From Penicillus capitatus (lineage: Eukaryota > Plantae > Chlorophyta), in the NCBI GenBank assembly GCA_965649825.1, contig OZ287703.1, forward strand, positions 310,001 through 374,000: a stretch of DNA of 64,000 nt, in the 5' to 3' direction. Both the position numbers and the translations under genes were made by a program. Positions within the stretch are counted from its first letter, which is position 1, and every line of letters starts with the position of its first letter. The notes below the pieces were generated by a model, which had not been told where the DNA came from, did no database searches, and worked only from the letters and a program-made list of their open reading frames with translations. This document shows positions 11,984-22,088 of the stretch, piece by piece.

Positions 11984-14900
11984 CTAGACCGTGTGGCAGC
12001 GGATGTTGAACCAGAGCTTAAAGCCGCGCACAAGAATAATGCAGGAATAGATGGCATGTACGCAAATAATACCGACGGTGCACAGAACTCTGGCATTGTC
12101 CACAGGGTGTTCATCGCCCAGAACCATCGCTAGAAGAACATTGAGTGACGACAGGATCAGAGAACTCGTCTCGAAGAAATTGAGATTCACATAGGTTTGG
12201 CGGTAAGGTGAGCACATCGCTTGAGCGCTCAAGAACAACGTCAGAGCCACTGCCGCGATCACTTGCTGCACATTTCCGCCCAGAGAATGGGAAAACACAC
12301 AGAGAGCGCCGAGAAACGCCTTTCTCGCGAAGACGATCAATTCCCAGTAGAAGAATCGACTCTCGAAAGACCAGAACATGAAACCAAAGATTTGGAAAGC
12401 CGTTGAGTTTTGACCTAAACCGGAGGCATTGTTGGCGGCGCGATAAATGTAGATAAAACTCAGGAGGGGAAATCCGATCGTCACACAAAGAAGGATAAAA
12501 GCTGCGATGAAAACCATCGCCCAGTGCACGCCTTCATAGCACTCGACTGCAGTATCATCTGCCAATACGAGGGACTGCTTGTCCGACGACGGATCCAACG
12601 AATCGTATACGTTGATGCAGTAGAATGCCCGTACTGCGAGCTTGGTAATCCCGAGGTAAGAGACGTAGAAGACGACAGAGAAAGTGAGCAAGATAAAGTG
12701 GAAAAGCGAACGGAAGCATCGGCAGGTAAACTTGTTCATCACCGCTCGTACGGCGATCAAACAACCGCCCACGATGAAAGGAGTGACTGCTCCGGCTATC
12801 AAGCGCACGAGAGGCCTGGCAGAGGAGCCGGAGCGTGTGATCACGCAGTCCACAGTGAAGTTGGTGACAAGAAGTGTCACGCCTCCCAACGTCGCTACAA
12901 CGCACACGTCACTCGTTTTGCCTCCTTCAACGGAGGGATGGACGTACTGGCCAGTTCAAAGATGGTTCTGACAGTGGGGACCCACTTCACGTGCAGCGAG
13001 ACCAACACAGCTGACAACTGCAAGTAATTCATCCAGATCTGCTCAGCAGGATACATTGCAGAAAATACAAACGACTCGGCAGAGGTGTTGTACCTTGATG
13101 AGCTCCGCCAAAGCGTGCTCTTTGTTTTCCAGTTCGTCAACGCAATGGCCGACGACCTCTCCGGGGAAATTTTCAAGGAGAGGACTCGTCGTTTCTTCTT
13201 TCGGTTCTTGAATATCGACTCTCGAGCTGTGCCGACCGGAGGTTGATGCCTGTTTAGACGCCTCGTCTACAGAAGCACCGTAGAGGCGTGTCGGCGAGTG
13301 TCGCCAGATCTGGACATAGGCCACCAGGCCCATCCAGACCAGTGCCGCTATGAACAGAAGGACTTGCACTGCTTCGTTTCGGCATTCGAAGCACATCCAC
13401 TTGGTCCATGAACCGTATTCTTTCGCACAGCTTCCACACAGCGGCCCTTTGTAACCCTGAATCGAACAACCACAGCCTCTCCTTCAGGATTCAAAGAATC
13501 GGGACGGATCGCACTTCGTCGCATTGTAGAGTGTCGTATGTGTCGACGGCATTCGTCTCCACTTCGCAAGAACTGAGGCCGTCCAAGAATTCTTTGAGCT
13601 TCTCCCCCCTGCCCGTGTACTTACAGGCGTCTTCGGTGAGGCAGTCTCGACTTCGACTCTGGCAAGGCGTCTTGTGCCACTTTCCGACGGTTGGTGCGAG
13701 GAACAACCCATGGCATTCACTTCCGGCAGGGCAGAGCACGCACTCTTCGCCGCTTTTATAGTGCGCTGAATCGCATTTCGCACAAGTGGAGCTCTCTTTG
13801 ACGAACACTTCGTCGGGAGCACATTCATCGATCGTCAACTTAAGATGCTTTGTTTTACTAAAACTGCTAATGTTGTAGGAAACGCTCAGGGTGTACTCGC
13901 CCGGTGGTGCATATATCATGACTGGGGGGAAGCTGACGACGTTGTCAACCATGTGTGCCTTGATATCTGAACGGTTTCCTTCAAAGTAGCCACCGTGGAA
14001 CACAAGATTCGCATCGATCTTTAGGTTCAACGAAGGTTGAAGCTCGTTTCCAAAGACGTCGAGTTGCTTCATGTGTATCGCTGGAATTCTTGAGCCACTT
14101 CGAAGAGGTCCAAGATTCAACAAATCCGAATCGTCGTTCTCTGCCGTTTTCTCTGTCATATCAGAATGATTCACGGCTACGAATCGGACAGAATGAAAGA
14201 GGGAACTGAATTCCTCAGTCTCGAGGTCTTTATCTGTGACGATATTGTCATCCCAGTTTTCACAAAATCCATCTTCCGTCGTCTTGCTCTTTGCTGCATC
14301 TTCAACTGACTTTAGTTCCGAGGAAGAAGATTCCACATCGCACGAGTAGAGTGCGCTTGACGGGTCACTCAGAAAGGCGATGGCACCATAGTTTTTAGCT
14401 TCATTCTTTTTGAACACGACCCTTGAAAGCGTTAAAGTCGGACAACTTTCTGAGGGATCTGAGTTTAAACAAGACACCCATTCGTTTTCCACTTGAGTTT
14501 GGTAGATAGCTCCTACAGATTTCTGTTTTGCAAGAGATACTCGGTATGTGTAGACGCACCTCCGATTTTGGCTTTATTGCCCGTAAGAGTAGAATCTGAT
14601 AGTTGAAAATGATTCTCTACTTGCTTGAAATCGACAAAGAGTCCGCCGCCTTTTTCTGTTGCACTGTTATCTTTGAATTTGCAGTTTGACATGTCCAAAC
14701 TGGAATTGGTCGCATACATAACACCACCCGTGTTTCTGGCCTCATTAGCTTCCGAACGCACATCCTCCAGATTCGCTTCGCCGGATGTAAGGTAGATGGC
14801 ACCGCCATCTACTTCGGCACGGTTGTTCTTCAGTACAATCGATTTCTCTAGCTTCGCATTCCCTGATGCAACAAACAAGGCACCGCCGTGTCCATTCGCA

Positions 14901-17479
14901 CTGTTGCTGCTCATCGTTGCTTCTTCCATGACCACGTTGCCCGATTTCAAACAGAAGGCGCCGCCGTCTCCTCCGGCACTGTTGTCGTGCCACTTCAAAT
15001 TCGTCAAGGTCACTCCACCCGACGCAACACAGAAAGCACCACACGCTCCATTCGCACGGTTGCTACTCATCGTTGAATTCTCCATGGTCACTGTGCCCGA
15101 CTTGATATAGAAGGCGCCGCCGTCTCCATCTGCATGGTTGTCACTGCATTCCGAATGCGTCAACTCCGCAGTGTCCGACGCGACATAGAAGGCACCGCCG
15201 TTCAGTTTTGCACTGTTGCCGTTCCAATTCGAATACACCAATTTGGCGGTGCCTGAATTGAGATAGAAGGCACCTCCGTTCTCCGACGCGAGGTTGTCGA
15301 TATAATTCGAATTCGTCAAGGTCAGTTTGCTGCTCGACGTAACAAAGACGGCGCCTCCATCTCTTTTGGCTCTGTTCGTGCTGTAAACTGAATCCGTCGA
15401 GGTCAGTTCGCTGCTCGACGTAAGATAGACGGCACCGCCGTCATTTTCGGCAGAGTTGTTGCTCCAATTCGAATCTGTCAAGGTCAGTTTGCTGCTCGAC
15501 GCAACATAGACAGCACCGCCGTCATTTTCGGCAGAGTTGTTCTTCCAATCCGAATCCGTCGAGATCAGGTGGCTGCTCGACGTAAGATAGATGGCACCGC
15601 CGTCATTTCCAGCAGAGTTGTTCTTCCAATCCGAATCCGTCGAGGTCAGGTGGCTTTCTGACGCAGCATAGACGGCGCCTCCATCTCTTTCGGCACTGTT
15701 TGTGCTCCAATTCGAATTCGTCAAGGTCAGTTTGCTGCTCGACGTAACAAAGACGGCGCCTCCATCTCTTTTGGCTCTGTTCGTGCTGTAAACTGAATCC
15801 GTCGAGGTCAGTTCGCTGCTCGACGTAAGATAGACGGCACCGCCGTCATTTTCGGCAGAGTTGTTGCTCCAATCCGAATCCTTCGTGATCAGGTGGCTGC
15901 TCGACGCAACATAGACGGCACCACCGTCATTTTCAGCAGAGTTGCTATCAAACGTGATCTTTTCTCCAGTGAAACTCGACTTAGTGGACAGATGTACTGC
16001 GCCACCTTGTTTCGCTCGGTTATGAAAGAACGAGACATTCTTTACTATCGCATGGGAGGAAATCATTTGAATCGCAGCACCTTGATCCTTGTCTTGACTT
16101 GTCGTCGCCTTGTTCAGAGAGAATTCTGAATCGGCGAGGCTGAGTTCTTTGACGTCCGTCAGCTTAACCACCGTGCACGAATTATCACTGGCGTTGATCC
16201 CTTTCATATTAACTTCAGTGGAACCGGAACCGGAACCGGAACCGGAAATGTCGATCAGAGCATCTTTTTCACTACAGAAAGACTGTCCTCATAACTAAAC
16301 GCGGTATGATGGTGTGCTTACATGTAGCATCGATTGTTTTTGAAAATGACATTCTGCAAGGAGAAATTGATAGGTGACTTCTCGCTCCCGTCCTCGACAG
16401 TTTGCTTTGCCGTGATTGCTCTGCAGCCTTCGTAGGTGTTGTTCTCAAACTCAACGTTTATGAAAGAAACTTCGCATGATTTGTCTGCTGTGCAATCACT
16501 TGCACTGAACGTAGACTCCCCGGTAGAAAGGCAGCCTTCGATTACTATATTTGCAAAAGTAACACTCGCATCCCTGGACGCATTGTAAGAAGCACGAAGA
16601 GATATAGGAGTACACGCACTTGACGGCAAACAGTTTACCACCGCTCTTGCACTTGAACATAGCTTTCCCTCCAGTAGCTGCTGTCTCCATAGGCTGCAGC
16701 AGATCTTCTTTTGTGATATCGGCAGGGCTATCTCCCCTGTATGTCGCTATCGTAACGTCTTTTGTAATGCTCATAAGAAGGGCTGGTGAAAGTTGTTGAG
16801 TTGTATTGAACAACAGGAAGTCGTTGTCTTCGAGGCAATCTGTCACCAGGTGCATACACTTGCCAAAACCATTTTCTTTCAAGAGCTCGATTGTCTTCTC
16901 AGTCATGCACCATGATCCACCTCCGGATCCACTTCTGACATGGTAAAGGTCCACATTCTGCTTCAAATCTTCGCAATCTACATTTTTATGATTTGAATGA
17001 ACCGCATCGTGGACAGCGAGAAAGAGACTTAGTTTGGCACAATCATCGCTGTTTCGTTCCATCGTGTTGCTGCCTTTCTCGTTGATTTCAGCTTCTGATG
17101 ATGCCATCGATGTAACATCTGACATCGTGCTGCGGCGAAAAAATGAAGCTTCGTTCCAGGTCGAGACGGAATCTATCTCCCCGGCACGGTCTAGGGACAA
17201 CAGAGAGTCACGTTTGCGCGACCTGCAACCGATCGCGAAGACACCGAAGGTGCATGCAAATGTCGCATGGAAAATTCGGACACGGGGAGAATGTTTCGTA
17301 TCCTCGTTCGCAGGTATGATCGTTTGCGTGGCGACCAAGACCTTACCGTCAGAAACAGTCTCTGAGCTTCCTTTGTTGGAAATCGTGCTGTCGATAAGAG
17401 CATGTATGCATGGCGCAGTGCAGCAGACGAAGAGTACTAAGAAGTGCCCGAGGGCTTGGCTGCGATGTTTCTCTCTCAT
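11984..17479 (-). CDS. Second giant PMP-like repeat, Cys-rich, multipass protein, convergent paralog (receptor 2)
   Basis: Signal-like N-terminus MREKHRSQALGHFLVLFVCCTAPCIHA, about 17 GGA rungs in one long exon, CAKCDSAHY..CVLCPAGSEC, WHKTPCQ, CDEGYKGPLCGSC, TM region FGFMFWSFESRFFYWELIVFARK. TAG at 11984. Confidence 0.88.
15304..15960 (-). repeat. Intragenic tandem array of eight 81-nt (27-aa) beta-helix rungs in receptor 2
   Basis: Units such as NSAENDGGAVYLTSSSELTSTDSVYST. 15304-15468 is identical to 15709-15873 (165 bp, offset 405 = 5 units). Confidence 0.95.
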
Positions 17480-17717
17480 GACGAACGGAGACGCACAAGA
17501 GCAGAGCAAAGTGAAGACTGAAAGGAGAAAGCTGAAAGTCACAGCACGGTGCTGTGTACTCGAATTTAAATGAACGCGCTGTCTTGATTTTTGTCTCGAT
17601 TTTTTGATGCGTGAGAAGTTCATGTAGAACACACGTTAGAGGCAGCAGTTGGCCGCCAGATTTGTTCTATGTTTGGACTCAAGAACGGTCACAGTAAAGG
17701 CAGACGGCTTTGAAGAA

Positions 17718-17834
17718 TGACAGCACGCATCGCTGCGTAACGTATGGGCGATTTTTTACTGACAGCACGAACAGCTGCGTAGCGTTCGGACAATTCTGGA
17801 CTGACAGCACGCATCGCTGCGTAGCGTATGGGCG
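17718..17834. repeat. Three imperfect direct repeats with 42-bp period, each palindromic
   Basis: tgacagcacgcatcgctgcgtaacgtatgggcg (17718), tgacagcacgaacagctgcgtagcgttcgga (17760), tgacagcacgcatcgctgcgtagcgtatgggcg (17802). Confidence 0.9.
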
Positions 17835-17849
17835 GTTTCATGAACCCTA

Positions 17850-20800
17850 CATCCTATTTCAGTATTCTTAAACCAACTTGGCTGCAAGGCAGAACTAACA
17901 GGGTTGAGGATAAGAAGAAAGATATCTTGAGGATCAACGTAGCTATCATGATCCTCCGTGCAGTGCCATAGAGCGAAGACCTCTGCTCGTGTCCTTGTCT
18001 AGTTTGCCTAGCAGATTCCAGGCACTGATGTGAAGCTTGTTCTCCATGGTATAGCCGTCTAACCACACCAGAGCTTCCTGTTAACGACCCTCGCAAGATT
18101 GCTGGATTGCCTAGGAGCACATAGGCAGTTGCTCGTACACACCCAATGTCTGTATGTTGATGTACACGGCGTCCAGAAGAGTGATAAGAGTATTGGCATC
18201 GTCCATCCAGTTCTCTGTGACGGTATGAGTGGTTGCTAGCTTCATTGTGGCATCTCGGCTCAGTCTCGGAGGGTCCTTGAGTGGCCGACAGAATTATCTC
18301 TTGGACGACGCCTTCCGTATTCATATGCTCACGATTTCTCTTTCTTTGTTCGTCCATTATACTGCGTCCTTTGCGGCACGATGAATTTGAGCTTTGTCTC
18401 GTGTTTTACTGCTTGGTATCTGCCCTCCATGAAGATTATGAGCAGATCGTCCCAAGACCACTCGAACACTCTCGCATGGACCACAACGGTGTTCGTGTTC
18501 TCATATGCACTCGCCAGCGCTTCCGAATCCACATCCCCACTCGTCATAAAATTGGTGCAGACGTGCCAGAAACGGAATACACTGTAAATGGCATCCAAAC
18601 ATTTGCTTGGCTTGTGGGAGGAGCGACAGAGTGTCTTTGATCTTCTGACGCTCGATCAAGTGTTAGAAAAGCTCAAAATGAAAACGCTAAGCCTCGCATG
18701 CAATGAACAGATCATCTCCTCCTTCACCGCGATTATAGTACAGCTCAGCTCTCTCTTCTCTTCTTCGCAGATATTCGTGCGGTCAGTGATACTCAAGGAA
18801 CTATCTTTAACAGTTCTGCATACTTGAGAATGGAGTCGGGACTCATAGGTTCTGATTCTGCCTTTTGTCCTGACAAAGTCGTCGAAAGAGAACGCCTTTC
18901 TAATCGTATCCGTCGTTTCCGAGCACAGCAACTTGGTTCTTTCGATGTCGTATTTCAGCTTGAGGCACGCAGAAGGTTCGGATCATTCTCTTGTTGCACG
19001 TCTAAGCCGACTCGACCAGGTTGGCTGCCTCTTCTCGCCGTCGTGTTCTTTACTTTTCTTTCGAACTCTGCGTTTAACGTTGCTGTAGCGACGATGCATG
19101 TCTCGTCCTTCGAGATCATTCAACGAGTCGCAAGGTTAATACATCGAATTTGCCGAACGGTAAAGTAGATCCACATTCGATGTCGTTTCAAACCTCTACA
19201 TGAACACCGGAGATAGGATCTGAATGCGGATTGGGAAGATAGATCCTTCTACCCTTCGTGTCGGATACAGCAGGGCCTTTGGAGCGGTCTGTAATACTCT
19301 CATAGGCACTCCGGGACCTGCCCTTCACAGGCGCCAGTTTGTACAAGACTGTCCGATCTGGTGGTACGGTCTGTCCATAAACTGCAAATATCGATTCGTT
19401 AACGGCATATACGTCATCCCGCATCCAGTAATATTACTATCACCAACCAAAGAAGACAAATGGCAGAGTTTTGCAAGAGCAGAATTCCCCTCTCCCAACT
19501 CATTCGAATCTGCCAAATCTCCAATCAAATCGGGGACTTTTTCGATGTTACCATCCTTGCTTTTTGAACAATACTCGATGAGGTTCGCTATTGTTTTCGT
19601 TTATTTCAACATGGGATCTATGCGTTTAATGATTAAATTATGTTGACGTTGTTGATGATCACTCTCACGAGAGAAAATGAACGTTTTGCATTCGCATCGT
19701 GAAAGTCGAACGCTCAAAACCATCGTGCAATAAGTTCGGTTCAGCCGTAGGTGACCGATTCTGCTGTTTGCACAAATTCGGTGGACGTTGAGTTTTTTTT
19801 ACCGAAGTGGGAATTTTCTATATGTCGAGAATTCGTTCCCCGGGTAGGAGAAGATCATCATTGCTCACAGTATTGCTTCTTTGATACTGGCTATCGCCGT
19901 GCGGTGAAATGGATTCTTCTCTTGCGGCTGGCTGCGTCTCGTTGTCGTATGGTGACGCGCCTTGCTCACCCTCTGCTTCTGGACGTTCCTCGGAAAGACC
20001 GGGGGCACTGCTTCTTCAAGGATGACGGGGATGTCGGCACCGCGGTCTTCAGACCTCCTCCGGGTGTCGTAGAGACCCACGTTGTGAACAATCCGTTCAG
20101 CACCCCGGTGTAGGAGTTCCGAACGTTCGCCTCGTCGGAAGCGATTGAGACTCTCTTGGAATGTGGGGTATAAATGCGCGTAAGGCACGAAAGCACGCGA
20201 GATGTTTTGCTCCGCGTCGTCGTCTGCCAGACTGGCCACAAGCGTTTTCAATCGAACGTCTTAAAGGAACAACAAAAGGACAAAACGCAAGCCGTCCTCC
20301 ACCTCTTATCCGGTTCTGGTGATGTGACTTTCCTAGGCAGATGAGTCATCCGAGCGCCAGAACCAAAAAAACGCGCCTCAGATGACTCAACCAGCGTCCC
20401 CCCACCGCATGGACTCCAACGAAAACAAGACAGTAGTCCCATCGCCGGGCGACACTGGCTAAAAATGAAACGATAAGCATTCGCTATCATGATAAAATCG
20501 CAGACTGGACGGAGATCTGTGTTCTCGTACGATCATTAAAACGCGACTCGAGAACCGCGACAAGGTTTTGTCTTAAATGCCGAATGGAAAAACGGTGGCT
20601 CAAGAAACTCGCCTACGGTGGTGAGGACCACCAGAGATCATCTCCATGGGGTCACGTTTAGTTTGGAAATGCGTGGGATGGGTAATCAGATCCACGAAAT
20701 GTGTAGTGGACGCTGCAGTCATGTTCTCGGTTACCATTCGTCCCAAACTCGTTCGGACTCAAATATATATTTGTCCAAACAAGGAACTAGAAGTGCAGTT

Positions 20801-21100
20801 TTACGACTGAGAATACCCTTCGGTTCGGCTTCGTGATAGATGTCGAATCCTAATTAATCGAGAAGTTAATCTTCACAGCTCTATCAATTCGTCAGCAATC
20901 ACTTCAGATCTCATGCATATTTCACCGCCGCAACATCTCTGAAAGACACACACTATGCGAACACTCCATCAGACATTCTCAATTCAGAGCCCGCTCTTAC
21001 TGAGTTGCAGTCAATTTGATAGCGAGAGAGAAAACTTGTACGAAGAATTAGGGGTGACTCAGAACCGAACGCCTTACTACTCCTTTGCTGAATTTCGTAA
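17850..21100. other. Gene-poor island with broken, unidentified coding-like fragments (probable decayed mobile DNA)
   Basis: No spliceable gene found. Only short minus-strand ORF fragments interrupted by stops and frameshifts, unlike the tightly packed flanks. Adjoins a LINE relic. Confidence 0.35.
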
Positions 21101-21149
21101 AACGTACGATCAAGAGAGGAAGCCCTGAGTTCCGATTCTGATCCTACTT

Positions 21150-22075
21150 TGCATAATAATTATTTGGACGATGTTTGTCCGAAGAGACAGTACCAAGTTC
21201 TTCAACCGACTGACATGCTCGACTTGCCTTGTCCCGAATCGGAAAACTAGACAATCAGAGTTTTACTTTTACTTTTTAATTTCCAGACTAAAAATAAGGA
21301 ACGTTTTGGCTGTTAGTATGGTGGGCCGCTTACTAGGACCTTTAAATCGCATTCTGCATGGTTTATATGTCACACAAACGAAAGTCATGTAAAGCCACCA
21401 AGGTTATTATTGTTCGTACCAAATTGAACACTTTGTGTGTGTTGAAGATCTGTGCTAAGAAAACCGTCTTTGTCCTCTTGTCGCCATATGATGAAATCGT
21501 CCGCAAAGTGTGGACGATGTACCTCTCCTTTGCATACCTGCGGCAAACCATTCACATAAATTGCAAAAGAGTCGGTGATAGTGGGCTCTCCCTTGCAGGA
21601 CTCATCTGGATAGTGTTGTGTGGGTGCGTCTTTGTCTATATCGTTAGCTATGCGCTGCGATCGGTAAGAAACTGGTCGAGGAATCGGAGTAAGCATTAAG
21701 GAAGCCGAGTGGTTCGGAACTTAATGCAGACCTGGTAATTATCAGTCGTGACGAATGCATCATGTAGGTCGATGAATATAAGAATGAGTTACTTTCGCTG
21801 GTTAAGTATGTGGGTGGCGAGGTCCGTGAGGCAGCGGATTGCATCAAGTGTTGAACGGCCTACTCGAAATCCAAATTGTACGTCATCGAGGATATGATGC
21901 GCTCTGAGGTAAGTCTTTAGTCGGGTGCTGAGAGTGTGTGCCAGCTTTTTGCCTAAGCTTGAGAGAAGAGAATTGGCCGATCCCTGCAGGAGTACAGGGA
22001 TGTTTGTCAGCTGCGCAAAGGTGGACATCTGTGACAGTGCACGCTGATTTAGTTCAATCAAACAATCTTCATTCA
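21150..22075 (-). mobile_element. Decayed, 5'-truncated non-LTR retrotransposon (LINE) reverse-transcriptase fragment
   Basis: SLLSSLGKKLAHTLSTRLKTYLRAHHILDDVQFGFRVGRST, LIFIDLHDAF, V(L)QG/SPLSPTL/FAIYVNGLP...FADDF, RQVEHVSRLKNLVLSL. These match RT domains, with several in-frame stops and frameshifts. Confidence 0.85.
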
Positions 22076-22088
22076 TTCCTTTGCTAAA

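Noticed and set aside
5262-17479. Bacterial Pmp autotransporters or chlamydial contamination
   Set aside because: Multiple spliceosomal introns, and an alpha-helical multipass C-terminus rather than an autotransporter beta-barrel.
9992-17573. Long opposite-strand ORFs (e.g. 9992-10627, 12524-13027, 17034-17573), and similar ones elsewhere such as 1967-2392 and 25690-26223
   Set aside because: Antisense or off-frame shadows of well-supported genes, with no recognisable motifs.
21640-21800. Alternative genetic code (TAA/TAG = Gln, as in some ulvophytes), suggested by four TAR stops at Gln-compatible positions in the LINE relic
   Set aside because: Host genes terminate at TAA/TAG (ZIP, SET, COG3, SDS22, CRTISO) and have no in-frame TAR. 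The relic also has frameshifts and many substitutions, so CAR-to-TAR decay is the simpler explanation.
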